From positions 384,001 through 448,000 of the forward strand of contig CAWFKQ010000016.1 in NCBI GenBank assembly GCA_963816395.1: a stretch of DNA of 64,000 nucleotides, in the 5' to 3' direction. A program made the position numbers and the translations under genes. The DNA comes from an uncultured delta proteobacterium (GTDB lineage Bacteria > Desulfobacterota > Desulfuromonadia > Desulfuromonadales > JACZKF01). How positions within the stretch are numbered: the stretch's first letter is position 1; each line of letters begins with the position of its first letter. Below the pieces are notes generated by a model that was not told the DNA's origin, did no database searches, and saw only the letters and a list, made by a program, of their open reading frames with translations. Below, piece after piece: positions 11,023-23,368 of the stretch.

Positions 11023-11496
11023 ATGACACCGATTAAGTACTATTGGGAAGACTTCACGCCCGGTTGGCAGCACGAGTCGCAGCCGAGAATGCTTACATTG
11101 CGCGAGATCGTGACTTTCGCGCGCGAATACGATCCGCAGCCTTACCACACCGACGAAGATGCGGCCAAATCCTCGCCCTTTGGCGGCCTGATCGCCAGTG
11201 GTTGGCAGACTTGCAGCGTGGCGATGCGGCTCATGTGCGACGGCTACCTACTCCAAACCTCGTGCATCGGATCGCCAGGGCTCGATGAGTTGCGCTGGTT
11301 CAAGCCGGTCAGACCCGGCGACGCACTGCGGCTGCATTCGACAGTGCTCGACCAGACCCCATCGCAGAAGGATCCGACCCGCGGCACAGTGAAATTCCGC
11401 TGGGACGTGCTCAACCAGAAGAATGAAGTCGTGTGCTCCATGACGGGCCGGCAGCATTACCGTCGACGCACGCCGGCAAGGATGCAGAATAAATAA
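11023..11496 (+). CDS. MaoC-family dehydratase
   Basis: YWEDF, FAREYDPQPYH, GLIASGWQT, KPVRPGD hotdog-fold motifs. Confidence 0.9.
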   Translation: MTPIKYYWEDFTPGWQHESQPRMLTLREIVTFAREYDPQPYHTDEDAAKSSPFGGLIASGWQTCSVAMRLMCDGYLLQTSCIGSPGLDELRWFKPVRPGDALRLHSTVLDQTPSQKDPTRGTVKFRWDVLNQKNEVVCSMTGRQHYRRRTPARMQNK

Positions 11497-11730
11497 ACGT
11501 GAAATCCCCCCTCGCTGCCTACAAATCACGTGTCCCGCCACAAAAACGACCCAACCTAATTGCTAATGGTTGAGCCATCCTATTTACGGCTTTAATTGAA
11601 TTCCCGGATTATCCTGGGAATTGCTAGCTAGATGCCTCGGGAGTTGAATGGGATTTCAGTATCAAATTCCTGGATTCCCCTTTCTGCTAGATTAGATTCT
11701 GCAGCGGCGCGGCCGCAGGGAAGGGGAGCG

Positions 11731-11759
11731 TTGTCTTGGCGTCGCCAACGCTCTATAAT
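11731..11759 (+). promoter_or_regulatory. Putative sigma70 promoter of the HNH gene
   Basis: TTGTCT-17 bp-TATAAT. Confidence 0.55.
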
Positions 11760-11869
11760 GAAGGGTCAACTGGCCGATGGAAAGTTCCGGCCGCAGTATG
11801 CAGCCCAGGGAAGCAAGATTTTCTATCTCCCTATTCTCACGACCTCGCTAACTAACTTCGATCTTGTCT

Positions 11870-12167
11870 ATGGATTTTCCAGAAGTTTCAGAAGAGCATC
11901 TGCGCCGGGAGCGGGAAAAGGCCCGCGAACTGCGCAAGAGCCAGTGGTGGAAAAACCGCCTCGGGCAGGGGATCTGCCATTACTGCGGGGCGCCGGGTGG
12001 CGCCGAAGGAGCTCACCCTCGACCATATCGTCCCTCTGGTCCGCGGCGGGCGCAGCACCAGGGGCAACTGTGTGCCGGCCTGCAAGGAGTGCAATTCCCG
12101 AAAACAGAGCCTGCTGCCGGTGGAGTGGGAAGAATATCTGGAAAAGTTGGAAAAAGGCGAAGGGTGA
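11870..12167 (+). CDS. Small HNH endonuclease (frameshift near 11990)
   Basis: CHYCG..LTLDHIVPLVRGG..NCVPACKECNSRK when frames are joined. Confidence 0.85.
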
Positions 12168-12216
12168 ATTTCGGAGCTGCCTCTCAAAGTTCAAATTCAA
12201 AATCCTCGATTGCCTC

Positions 12217-12408
12217 TCAAAGCTCCTCAATCCTTCCTCCCCGTCCGCTCCTCTCCTCGCTGAAGTCATCCTCCATAAACGTTTCGAGAAAACGGCGGTT
12301 GTCGCGGATGCGTTTTTCGATCTCGCGCTGCATCTCCTCCAGTTCGGGGAAGCGGCAGTCGCTGCCGGGGGCGGAGGGCTCCGGCGGATTCGGCTTTTCC
12401 TCAGGCAT
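12217..12408 (-). CDS. Small hypothetical protein, last gene of the glycogen operon
   Basis: 63-aa acidic ORF overlapping the glgA stop, GGAGG RBS. Confidence 0.6.
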   Translation of the reverse strand: MPEEKPNPPEPSAPGSDCRFPELEEMQREIEKRIRDNRRFLETFMEDDFSEERSGRGGRIEEL

Positions 12409-13855
12409 GCCGCACCTCCAGGGCCTGCTGATAAATTTCGAGATACTGCTGGGCCGAGCGGCCCCAGGAGAAATCCTGGGTCATCCCGCGCCGCACCAGT
12501 TTGCGCCAGGCGCGCTTGTCGGGAAAAAGGGCCAGCGCCCGGTCGAGAGCGGCCAGCAGGTCGGCGCCGGTCGCCTCGCGGAAGAGGAAGCCGTTGGCCT
12601 CCCGGGGGGAATCGGCCGGGTCGACGACCGTATCGGCCAGGCCGCCGGTGCGGCGGGCCACCGGAATGGTGCCGAAGCGCAGGGCGATGAGCTGCCCCAG
12701 GCCGCACGGCTCGTAACGGCTCGGCATGAGGAAGAGGTCGCTGCCGGCGTAGATGCGATGCGCCAGGGCATCATCGAAGGCCAGATTGATCGAGACCCGC
12801 CCCGGAAAGCGGCCTTTCACCTGTTCGAAGAAGGCCGTGTGCTGCTGCTCGCCGGTGCCGAGCAGAACGAACTGCAGGTCGCGCTGCAGCAGCCCCGGCC
12901 AGGCCTCCTCCACCAGATCGAGCCCCTTCTGGGTATCCAGACGGGTGATCATGCAGACGATGGGGGTAGCCGGAGATACCGTGAGCCCCAGCTCCTTCTG
13001 CAGGGCTTTTTTATCGGCGGCCTTCCCTTTCAGGTCGGAAGCGTCGTAATTGGCCGGCAGGGCGCTGCTCAGGGCCGGGTCCCACTGTTTGGTATCCAGG
13101 CCGTTGAGAATGCCGTGCAGGGCATCCCGGCGCTGGCGCAGGATGCCGTCGAATCCCAGCCCCAGCTCGGGGGTCTGGATCTCCCGGCAGTAGGTGGGGG
13201 AGACGGTGGTGAGTGCATCGGCAAAAAGCAGCCCGCCCTTGAGGAAGGAGACCTTGCCGTAATACTCCAGGCCGTCGATGGCGAAGAGGCTCGGGTCGAG
13301 ACGCAGCGACAGCAGGATCTCCGGCGGGAACAGCCCCTGGTAGCCGAGATTGTGGATGGTCAGCACGGTGCCGATGGCATTGAAGAAGGGGTCGTTCTTC
13401 AGCTCATGGCGCAGCAGGACCGGGATCAGGCCGGTCTGCCAGTCGTTGAGGTGCAGCACGTCGGGGCGGAAATCGAGGCGGCGCAGAAATTCCAGGACGG
13501 CGCGGCAGAAGAAACCGAAGCGCTGGGCGTTGTCGGGGTAGTCGCCGGCGGCGGTGCCGTACAGCCCTGGCCGGTGGAAGTAGTCCCGATTATCGATGAA
13601 ATAGACCGGGACGGAATCCAGGGCACTCTGCCGCAGCAGTCCCTTGCGCAGTTCGCCGTCGATCACCACCTCCACGCTCTTGCGCCCCTTCCGCAGGGGA
13701 TAGTGCGACTCCTCCACGCTCTGGTAGAGGGGGAGGATGAGGCGGACGTCGTGGCCGAGCTGGCGCAGGGCCCGGGGGAGGGAGCCGGCGACATCGGCCA
13801 GGCCGCCGGTTTTGGCGAAGGGGGCGACTTCCGGGGCGACGAACAGAATCTTCAT
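12401..13855 (-). CDS. glgA: Glycogen synthase
   Basis: PFAKTGGLADV, HLNDWQ, TIHNLGYQG, PSRYEPCGLGQL. Confidence 0.95.
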   Translation of the reverse strand: MKILFVAPEVAPFAKTGGLADVAGSLPRALRQLGHDVRLILPLYQSVEESHYPLRKGRKSVEVVIDGELRKGLLRQSALDSVPVYFIDNRDYFHRPGLYGTAAGDYPDNAQRFGFFCRAVLEFLRRLDFRPDVLHLNDWQTGLIPVLLRHELKNDPFFNAIGTVLTIHNLGYQGLFPPEILLSLRLDPSLFAIDGLEYYGKVSFLKGGLLFADALTTVSPTYCREIQTPELGLGFDGILRQRRDALHGILNGLDTKQWDPALSSALPANYDASDLKGKAADKKALQKELGLTVSPATPIVCMITRLDTQKGLDLVEEAWPGLLQRDLQFVLLGTGEQQHTAFFEQVKGRFPGRVSINLAFDDALAHRIYAGSDLFLMPSRYEPCGLGQLIALRFGTIPVARRTGGLADTVVDPADSPREANGFLFREATGADLLAALDRALALFPDKRAWRKLVRRGMTQDFSWGRSAQQYLEIYQQALEVRHA

Positions 13856-16800
13856 GCTTCTATCTTCTTTCGGGTGGGAGTGGCGGACGGACGCTGGCGG
13901 ATCGCCGCCGCGAAAGCATCGAAACGATAGCCCGCCTGCTCCGCCGCCGTCAAGAGTTCCTGCCACTCACCGTGCAGAGCCGCCAGCTGGCCGGCAGCCC
14001 TGCCGCCGGCAGCTGCGCCGTTTCCGCGGCTGGCGATGAAGAAGAGCCAGTAGAGAAGGGTCTCCAGGCGCTCGCGGTTGAACCATCGGGTACCGCCGAA
14101 CCAGTTGCAGCCGAGGAAGGTCTGCGCCCGGGCATCCTCCAGCAGGGCGGCCAGGCAGTCGCCCAGCGCTCCTGTCGCCACCGGCCGCACAGCGCACCAG
14201 CAGCTGTACCAGCAGCGCTTCGCCGGCCGCCTCCCCCTCGCTCAGGGCGAAGGGCGCCTCGGCCGACTGCAGGACCTCCTGCAGGGTGGCCGTCAGCAGG
14301 TATTCCTCCATCCAGGCGGCGGCCTGCGCCGGTGAGGACCGCAGGCCAGCCGCCGGGGCGGGAGAGGAGCAGCCAGGGGAGAAAAACCCGGAGGAACTGG
14401 CCGCGCCGCGCTCCCTGGACCGCACCCGGGAAAGCCTGGCGCAGGGCGGCCAGGGCCTCCTTCTCCCGGCTCTCGCGCCCCTTGCGGGCGACCAGCAGGC
14501 GCAACTGCTCCAGGGCGCTGCAGAGCTTCTCCGCCGTCGCCGCTTCGCCGGCGGCCAGGCCGGCGCTCTGCCGCAGGGCGAGATAGAAGGCCTCGGCCTG
14601 ACGGCTGAAGGTCTGGCAGGACGGGTCCTGCCGCCATTTACCCGCCGGCAGCGCCAGGGCGCTGGCGAGCGCCTTGAGCAGCCCGGGCAGCACCGCCTGG
14701 CGGAAGACCTCGATCAGCGGCGCATAGCGGATCTTCTTCCATTCGAAATCGAGGCTCGGCACCGGTCGCCCCTCCAGGGTGTGGCAGAGCCATCCCCAGG
14801 AGCCGTCCTCGTCGAAGATCTCCCGGAAATCGAGAAAGGCGTAATACTGGTAGGCGCCGAACTCCAGGAAGATGCCCCGCTCGTGCAGGTCCCGCCCGGC
14901 GCGCAGGTATTCCAGGCCGGTGCGGAAGTCGCGGAAGCGGATATACTGCCGGTCCTCGCCGCGGATGGCCAGGGCCTCGCCCAGGGTGGGGCGGGCCAGC
15001 ACCTCTTCGCCGCCGCTCTTCACCCGCTTGGGTACCGAGGTGCGCAGCCAGCCGGAGGTCTCGCCGAAGAGGTTGTGATAAGCGATCAGGGCCCGCTCGC
15101 CATTGAACCGGTTGCTGTAGGCGAAGACGTTCTCGTTGACCTGGTCGCCGGCGAAAAAGTCGTAAAGGACGAAATGCTCCGAGCTGCTGAACAGATAGCG
15201 GCGGCGCATCAGGGGGAAGATCTGCGCCTCGTGATGACGGACGAATCCCTCATCGGGCCTTTCCTCCTGGTAGGCGCGGCGATATTCCATGCCGTACTTC
15301 TCCTCGTAGCCTTCCACCTGGCCGTGGCCGATCATCGGCAGGCCGGGCATGGTGACGAGGAGCACCGCCACCCCGAAGTACTTGTCGCTCTTCCCGAACT
15401 GGGCCACCGCCGTCGCCTCGTCGGGATTGTTCATGAAATTGACGAAGCGTTTGAGAATCTCCGGGTTGAAATCGAGGATGTTCTTCACCACGCTGCGGTA
15501 CTTGGCGTTCTCCTCCATCTTCAGCATGTTCATGAAGGCACTGTTGTACACCCGGTGCATCCCCAGGGTGCGCACGAAATAGCCCTCCATCAGCCAGAAG
15601 GCCTCCGCCAGCAGCAGGGTGTCCGGGACCTCGGCCGCCACCCGGTCGACCACTTCCCGCCAGAACTCCACCGGGAAGGCGCGGTCGAAATCCTCCCGGT
15701 TCATGGCGTGCTCGGCCCGGCTGGGAACCCCCGAGCCCCCACCCGGCTGCGGGAACCACAGGCGCTGGTAATGCTTCTTGGCCAGGGTCATGGCGGCGTC
15801 GAAGCGGATGATCTGATAGCGCCGGGCGACCCGCAGGATGGTCTGGATCATCGCCTCGCGCACCGCAGGCAGGAGGAAGTTGAGCTGGGCGGTGTCGTTC
15901 CACGGCAGATGGGTGCCGTCGTTGCCGTGATAGATGTAGCGCACCCGGCCGCTGTGCCGCTCGACATGCTTGAAGACCACCGCCGCATCGGAGTGGTTCC
16001 AGTAGCCGTCCTCGATGTACAGCTCGATATCGTCGCTGAAGGAGAGGTTCTCACCGGTGAAGCTGTAGGCCGGGTAGGGGGGATGGTCGACCTGGATGTA
16101 CCAGTCGGGGTGCTCGCGGGTCCAGCGCGAGTAGATGCCGGTGTGGTTGGGGACTACGTCGCAGCCCAGGCGGATCCCCCGTCGCCGGCAGCGTTCCTGC
16201 AGGTCCCGGACCGCCTCCTCGCCCCCGAGTTCCCGGGAAACCGCATAGTCGTAAAGGGAGTAGGCGGAGGCGACCGCCTCGGGATTGCCCATCTTCCTTT
16301 TGATCTTCTCCGAGGCCGGCGAGCGTTCGAAGATGCCGATCAGCCACAGGCCGGTGAAGCCCCAGCGGGCCAGCAGGTCGAGTTCCTCATCGGGGATCTG
16401 GTCGAGGCGGCTCGATGGGCCGGCCGTATTTTTTCGTCAGCTGGTCGAGCCAGACGTAGATCGTTTTGGCGATCAGCACGACATTGCTCATCCAATCGGC
16501 GTCGGGCGAAAAGCGCTCCGGCTCCTCATAGGTGAGATCGAAGCGGCCGAAGCGGGGGACCGGAATCGGTCCGGGGCCGCCGCCGCGCATCTGCTGCTCT
16601 TCGTGGAGGACGTCGAAAGCGGTGAGGATGCTGCGCAGCAGCTCCGGCGGCAGAATGCCGGCCCAATGCTGCTGGATGTACTCGAGCTGTCCGGCGAGGG
16701 AGCGCGGGGAGGCTTTCACCGGGGCGGAGAGCAGCTGCAGCAGCGACTGGGCGAACAGGCCGGCGGCGGCTCCTGCTCCAGGCGCGCATCGAGGGCGGCC

Positions 16801-17344
16801 AGCAGATCCCGGTAGGGGCTGCGGCGGCGCAGTTCGGCATCGTCGAACAGATCGAGCAGGTCGGCGCCGGCCGGGTTGGCGTTCTGTACGGCCAGAATGA
16901 ACAGTTCGACCAGCGGATTGCCGCCGGTTTTCGCCCCCGCGCTCGCCCTGCAGGAACGCTTCGGCGCGCTCGCCCCTGCAGCACCGCCGCCGGCGGAAAG
17001 AGGGCGACGAAATTTTCCAGCGCCGGGCGCAGGCCGGGCAGGGGGAGCGTCTCCCCCGCCATCTCCGCCGCCTCCAGGCCGACGGCGCAGCCGCGCAGCT
17101 CCAGGTAACGACGGGCGACGAAACGGAAGGTGCGGTTGAGCAGGGCCAGCAGATTGAGCTGGCCGGCGCTCACCGGCGCTTGCGGCCGCCGGCGCTGTAT
17201 CTCCTGGGCCAGCAGCCGCAGGGTGTACAGGGGCGAAGAGGGAACCTCGCGCAGCAGGTCGGCGCTCAACCCGTAGGTTTCCCAGGCGCGCGCCGAGAGC
17301 TGGACGCTCAAGGGAAAATAGCTGTTCAGATGATCGTCTGGCAT
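13852..17344 (-). CDS. Large alpha-amylase family (GH13) glycoside hydrolase (frameshifted)
   Basis: DVVPNH, IRFDAAM, LAEAFW, FMNNPDE, PGLPMIGHGQ. Confidence 0.85.
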
Positions 17345-17366
17345 GGCGACTCCGTGGTCAAAAGGG

Positions 17367-18408
17367 TCAGAAAATTCCGGAGAGATCGGCCTCGCGCAGG
17401 AACAGCGCCGCCTCTTCCGGCGCCGTCGGATTCATGTAGAAGCCGGTGCCCCATTCGAAACCGGCGATTTTGGTCAACCGGGGGATGAGCTCGATATGCC
17501 AGTGGTAATCGAATGGGAGCGAGCTCCAGTAACCCGGTTTGCCCGATCGCAGATGCATGGGCGGCGCATTGTGCAGGATGAAGTTGTAGGGCGGATCGCG
17601 CAGCACGCCCCGCATCCGCAGCAGGCTCTCCTTGACCACCTCCGCCAGCGCAGCGAGTTCCTGATCGGAGAGCAGGGCGAAATCGTGGCTGTGGCGCCGG
17701 GGCAGCAGGCGCAGCTCGAAAGGGAAGCCGGAGGCGTACGGGAGCATAGACGACGAAATCGCCGGAATCGCGGACGATGCGCCGGCCGTCCTGGCATTCC
17801 TGCAGCAGCAGGTCGCAGATCAGGCAGCGCTCCTTGCGTGCGAAGTACTCGCGGCAGACGTTGAGTTCGGTAGCGGCCGTTGGCGGCGTCACCGGCAGGG
17901 CGATCAGCTGCGAGTGCGAGTGGGGGATGCCGGCCCCCGCTTCCACCCCGTGGTTCTTGAAGACGAAGATATAGCGGAAGCGCTCGTCGCGGCGCAGGTC
18001 GAGCAGGCGGGCCCGCCAGGCGCGGAAGACGTCGGTGATTTCGGCCGGGGTGAGGTCGGCCAGGGCGCGGTCGTGGTCGGGGGTTTCGATGACGATCTCG
18101 TGGGCGCCGATGCCGTTCATGGCGTCGTAGAGCCCCACCCCCCGCTTGTCCAACTCCCCCTCGATGCGCAGCGCCGGGTACTTGTTGGGGATGACCCGCA
18201 CCCGCCAGCCGGGGCTGTTGGGTGCGCTGCCGGGCGGGCGGATGGCGAAGATCTCGCGGGTGGTCTTCTCCTCCCGGCCGTAGCAGAAGGGGCAGGCGGT
18301 CATGGTCACCGTCTCCCGCTCGAGAATGAAGTCGCGGGGCCGCCGGCCCCGATCGGTGGTGATGATGACCCAGCTCATCTTCAGCGGATCCCAGCGCAGT
18401 TCGGACAC
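17367..18408 (-). CDS. galT: GalT-family nucleotidyltransferase (frameshift near 17745)
   Basis: ELRWDP, CPFC, PNKYPAL, GAHEIVIETPDH, HSHSQ catalytic motif, AGFEWGTG. Confidence 0.88.
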
Positions 18409-18430
18409 TAGGCATCTCCAGACATAAATC

Positions 18431-18484
18431 AATGAATTTCGAATTCAAGTTTTGCATTAGAAAAACTTTACTTGAAATTCAAAC
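18431..18484. repeat. AT-rich TGAATTT/AATTCAA-type palindromic repeat
   Basis: TGAATTTCGAATTCAAGT...ACTTGAAATTCA; similar to 12165-12223 and 63543-63651. Confidence 0.5.
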
Positions 18485-20612
18485 CAGAACCACTCCTCCG
18501 TCTTCCAGCGCCTCGCCCCGGTAGGGAAGGGCTCGACCGGGCCGTCGGCGGGCCAGCGGGCGATCTCGCTGCCGGCGCGCAGCAGGTGGACGGAGACGCG
18601 CCAGGCGCCCGCCGGCCGGCAGCTGCAGCGGGAGCCAGGGGAATGGCGATCTCGATGATCCGGCCGCAGGCCGCCTTCCCTTCGGCAGCCACGCGCGCTT
18701 TCTCCCGGCCGGTGCAGGGTCAGGGTGCCGTCCGCCGGCTGCAGGCGCGCCGTCCACTCCCGGCCGTCGGCAATGCAGGCGGAATTCCAGCCTGCCGTCG
18801 GGCGCGGCCAGGCTCGGCAGGTCCTCCTCCGGATCGAGGCGCAGGTAGAAATGGCTGCGGTCGTAGCCGTACAGCAGGACGGAGAATTCGTGATGCGCGG
18901 CATGCATGGCGCCGCCCGGCGACAGGTCGGCATAGCCGGCGGCCAGCCACTCGAAATAGTCGCCGATGCGGCCGTCGATGCAAGGGGTGAACAGGGCCGC
19001 CGGTTCCCGCACCGGCGCTTCCCGGGCCGGTTGCTTGATGAACTGCTGCAGGTGCGGCGGCACCGGCAGGCCGGCCGTCCGGTAAAGGGCTTCCAGGTGC
19101 CGGCGAAAGAGGCGGTCGAAAATGTCCGCCTGGGCGGTGACGTGATCGTCGCCGAACCACCAGAACCAGTCGCTCCCCTCGGCCCGCAGCAGGTGCCGGA
19201 TCTTCTCCGGCACCGGCGCCTCCCGTCGCGGCCTCGATCTCCGTCTCGCTGAACCGCCTCGCGCCGCCCCCGCTCCAGCCATTCCCAGGCGGTGTTTTCC
19301 TCCTGGTGGCCGATCCAGATGTTGAAATTGGCATTGATCCACGACCCCGGGGCGACGCGGTGCAGGGGCGCCGGCTCGGCCTCGGCCAGCGCCTCGGAGA
19401 CGGTGACCATCCGCAGGGCAGGGCTCGGCCAGCAGGCCGCGATAGAGGGCGACCAGGAACGGGATAGCCGTTGTCCGCGTAGCGTTCCCAGCAGTTCTCG
19501 CCATCGAGAATCAGCGGGATGACGCCGCCGGGCGCCGTCGGCCGCCACCTGCTTCAGCTGCCCCACCAGGTCGGCGGCCGCTTTCTCCGGCTCCCAATGG
19601 GCATAGACAAAGCCGATGCGGTCGGAGAGGTCGCGGTCGCGAAAGAGCAGGGGCAGCCCTTCGAAGGCGTAAGGGCGGTAGAGCTGGCGGCGGTCGGTCA
19701 GCCCCCCGGGGAGGCTGCTGGCCAGGATCCCTTCGTCGCTCGCCGCCCACAGCGCGCCTTCCTGGCGCAGCAGGCGCAGCGCCTCCTCGCTCACCGCCCC
19801 TTCCGCCGGCCACATGCCGCGCGGCCGCTTCGCCCAGTCGTTCGGCCACCAGATCGAGCCCGAGGCGCACCTGCAGGCGGGCATCCGGCGGGATGGCGGA
19901 AGGCAGGCGCCGGCAGGCGTATGCCGGGGGTGGCCTGGGCGGCGACTGCCGGTGTCGCACAGCAGGGGGAGAATGGGGTGGGCATAGGGGGTGACGGAGA
20001 TTTCGATCTCCCCCGCCGTCTCCATCTCGCCGGTAGAGCGCGGTCGCCGCCGCCACCTCCCGATCGTAAAGATCCAGCAGCTCCGCTTTCTCCCGCTCGC
20101 TGAAATTCTCCCCCTTCTCCAGCAGCAGGGCCACCGCGCTCTTCCCGCCGCAGGTGATGGCCGGACCAGGCGAGCAGGAACCAGACCTGCAGATCGCGCA
20201 GGTCCTGGTCGGAAAAGGCGCGGACGTCCGCCGCGGCCGGCGCCGCGGCGGCGGGCCAGCTCCCGGTAGCGGCGGTAGGGGAGGATGTGGCGATCGGCGT
20301 GCACGGAGAAGAACTGACTGAGCAGAAAGCCGCGCTCTTCCTCCCCCATGCCGGCCGGATCCCGGCGGGCCGCTTCCAGCCAGGCTCGTCCGCGCTTCCC
20401 CCTGCAGGTAGCGGTCGAGCTGCTCGAGGAGGATCGGCACCAGGTTGAAGGTCATCCGCGCCCCCGGCACCGCCGCCGCCGTTTTCAGCATCTCCCCGTA
20501 ATCCTTCACCGCGTGCAGGTAGGTCCAGGGGAGCAGGGTGCGGCCCGGACACCGGATCCCGGTAATCGGGCTGATGCATGTGCCAGAGGATGGCGACCTT
20601 GAGTGGCTTCAT
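18479..20612 (-). CDS. GH57 glycoside hydrolase, amylopullulanase-like (many frameshifts)
   Basis: LWHMHQPDY, PYAHPILPLL, GMWPAEG, PGSWI, AEGSDWFWWFG. Confidence 0.9.
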
Positions 20613-20622
20613 GGAATGAATC

Positions 20623-20714
20623 AGGCAGGAGGCTGGAGGCAAGGGGCAAGAGGAACGACCCGGGGAATTCAGTCGTTTTCCTCTAGCCTCTAGCCGCTAG
20701 CCGCTAGCCTGCCT
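20623..20714. repeat. Heptamer-array palindrome (GAGGCWR / CTAGCCK)
   Basis: AGGCAGG AGGCTGG AGGCAAG GGGCAAG ... CTCTAGC CTCTAGC CGCTAGC CGCTAGC. Confidence 0.75.
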
Positions 20715-23233
20715 TTATCCTATCAGATCTATCTTCCACTGCTCGACCTTATGCCGGTAGGTCTCCACCAGTTTGTCCACCGCTGCGCCGTCCGCCGCTT
20801 CGGCCACGATATGGACCACCGGCCGGTGCTGGTCGGGGAGGATCAGCACCCAGTCCCCGCCCATCTGCACCTTGACGCCGTCGATGAAGGAGGCTTCCTG
20901 ATCGACCGAATCCTCGCTCATCTTGCGCATGATTCCCCCCTTGAGCTCCCAGGAGCAGGGGATCTGCAGATGCCGGTAGGCCAGTCGCGGCATTTCCCGG
21001 CGCAGTCGGCCGAGCGACTCGCCGGTAGCGGGCCAGAAGTTCAAGGGTCTTGGCGACGGTGAACAGGGCGTCGAAATTGGCCTGGAAGGGAGGGAAGGCG
21101 AAACGCCCGTCCATGGCGGCGGCGAACTGGACGTGGCGTTCTTTGGCCGCCTCGACCAGGGAACGGCCGTCGGTCTTGGTGCGTTTCACCGTCAGCCCCG
21201 AGTCGCGGGCCATCTCCTCCACCGCCTGCGGCGCCGGCACCGGCACCACCAGGCTGCCGCGGCGCTCGGCCCGGCAGACCAGGGCGGCCAGGGTGGTCAG
21301 CGCCTCATGGTCGGCCAGGACCTCGCCCGTTTCATCGACCAGGCGGATTTTTTCTCCCGAGGGCCCGAGCCAGAAGCCGGCAGTGGCGCCGAGGGTGACG
21401 ACGATCTGCGAGAGCTGTCCCATGGCGCGCTGGACCTGCTCCGGGGTGGTGCCGGTGCGGCTTTCGCTGACGTGCGAGTTGAGCTCGATGACCTCGCAGC
21501 CGAGTTCGTTGAGCAGGCCGGGCAGGAGATTGCCGGCCGGAGAATGGTTGAGGTCGACCACCACCTTGGGCGCCGCCTTGCGCAGCACCTCGCCGTTCAG
21601 GGCGCGCAGGAAGCCCTCCCGGTAATAATCGTAAATGCGGGGAATTTCGGAAATGCCGCCCGGTTCCGAATAGTGAACCCGGCGGAAATTCTCCTTGTAA
21701 TAGATGCGCTCGATCCCCTTGGTCATGGAGGAGGAGATCTCGTTTCCTTCGCCGTCGAAGAAGATGATCTCGGTGGCCGCCGGGTCTTCCGGCGACTGGC
21801 GGAAATGGACCCCGCCCACCTCGCCGAAGGTGGTCAGCTTGTAGCGCAGCACCGGCAGGGAGACCATCTTGGTGTCGCGCACGTTGACCCCGGCGGAGAG
21901 CAGGCCGCCGACGAAGGAGCGCTTGAGCATGCGCGAGGAGCGGATGGCATCGCGGCCGGCCAGGATGAAGGCGTCCTTGGGCAGGGTCGAGCCGTAGGCG
22001 GCGCCCAGCTTGGCGGAGAATTCGGGGGTCAGTTCGATGTTGGTCAGACCGCGAACCTCCGCCCCCTCGAACAGGCTCTTGCGCCACTTCTCCCCCCAGA
22101 TCAGGTTGGTCGTGACGATGGCGCCGCGCTCGATCACCTTGCGCGGCCAGACCTTGACGTCCTTGCGGATATGGGCCTCGGCGCCGATCCGCGTCTCGTC
22201 GCCGATCACCGCCCCCTCCTCGATCACCACCCCCTGGCCGACCCGGACGCTGTTGCACAGCACCGCCCCGTTGATGCGCGTTCCCTTGTGCAGGTAGACG
22301 TTGTCCCAGAGCACCGCATCCTCCAGTTCCGCGCCTTCCTCGATGATGCAGTTGCGGCCGATGAAGCAGTTCTTCAGGCGCACATTTCCCTGAACGTGGG
22401 TGTTGTCGCCGAGCACCACCATCCCTTCCATGCCGGAGAAGTCGCCGCTGGTCACCAGGGTTTCCTCCCCCAGGAAAATATCCTGGCTCGCCCTTGCCGG
22501 CGGGGCGCTCTTTCTTCAGTACATCCACCCGATGCACGGTAATGTCGCGGCAGGCTTCCAGGTAGGCGTCGGTATTGCCGATATCGGCCCAGTAGCCGGT
22601 CAGGCTGCAGCCGTACAGCGGCATCTCCTTCTCCAGCATCAGGGGGAAGACGTCCTTTGACCAGTCGCGGTTCGCTCCCTCCGGGATGAGCTCCAGCACT
22701 TCCGGTTCGATCACATAGATGCCGGTGTTGATGGTGTCGGAGAAGACTTCCCCCCAGCCCGGTTTTTCCAGGAACTTGGTGATGCGCCCCTTCTTGTCGG
22801 TGATCACCACGCCGAACTGCAGCGGGTCCTTGACCGAGGTCAGGGTGATGGTCGCCAGGGCCTTTTTGCTCTGGTGATAGTTCAAGACCTTGGAGAGATC
22901 GAAATCGGTGAGCAGGTCGCCGCTGATGATCAGGAAACGCTCCTGGAGGTATTTGGCGGCCGCCTTGACGGCGCCGGCGGTGCCGAAATCCTCCAGCGGG
23001 GTGACATAGGTGATGCGCACCCCGAACTCGCTGCCGTCACCGAAGAAATTCTTGATCACCTCCGGCTGGTGATAGAGCAGCAGGACCAGATCGCTGATCC
23101 CATGCTTCTTCAGCAGTTCGATGATGTGCAGCATGATCGGCCGGTTGACCAGGGGGATCATCGGTTTGGGCAGGTTGATGGTCAGGGGATGGATGCGGGT
23201 ACCGAACCCGCCGGCCATGAGAACGGCTTTCAT
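20715..23233 (-). CDS. Sugar-1-phosphate nucleotidyltransferase (mannose-1-P guanylyltransferase family) fused to a phosphohexomutase-like domain (frameshifted)
   Basis: MAGGFGTR, PKPM, GTAGAV, FLEKP, YWADIG, hexapeptide repeats, then a PGM/PMM-fold region. Confidence 0.88.
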
Positions 23234-23248
23234 GCAATCTCCTTGCGA

Positions 23249-23368
23249 TCAGGAATCAGGTTCCAGGATTCAGGAAAAAGTGACGGTAATCAGAGCTGCG
23301 AGCGTATCAGGCTATACGAGGACTCAGGTCTAGACCTGAAACCTGAAACCTCGACAGCTGATACCTCA
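23249..23368. repeat. Heptamer-array palindrome (TCAGGWW family)
   Basis: TCAGGAA TCAGGTT CCAGGAT TCAGGAA; hairpin centred on CAGGTCTAGACCTG. Confidence 0.75.

Noticed and set aside
11549..11575. Integron attC site after MaoC (ACCCAAC...GTTGAGC)
   Set aside because: Only 27 bp long, far shorter than attC sites, and no integrase is present
11870..12167. HNH gene as a mobile or defence element
   Set aside because: Stand-alone ~100-aa HNH in a housekeeping context, with no partner genes or element ends
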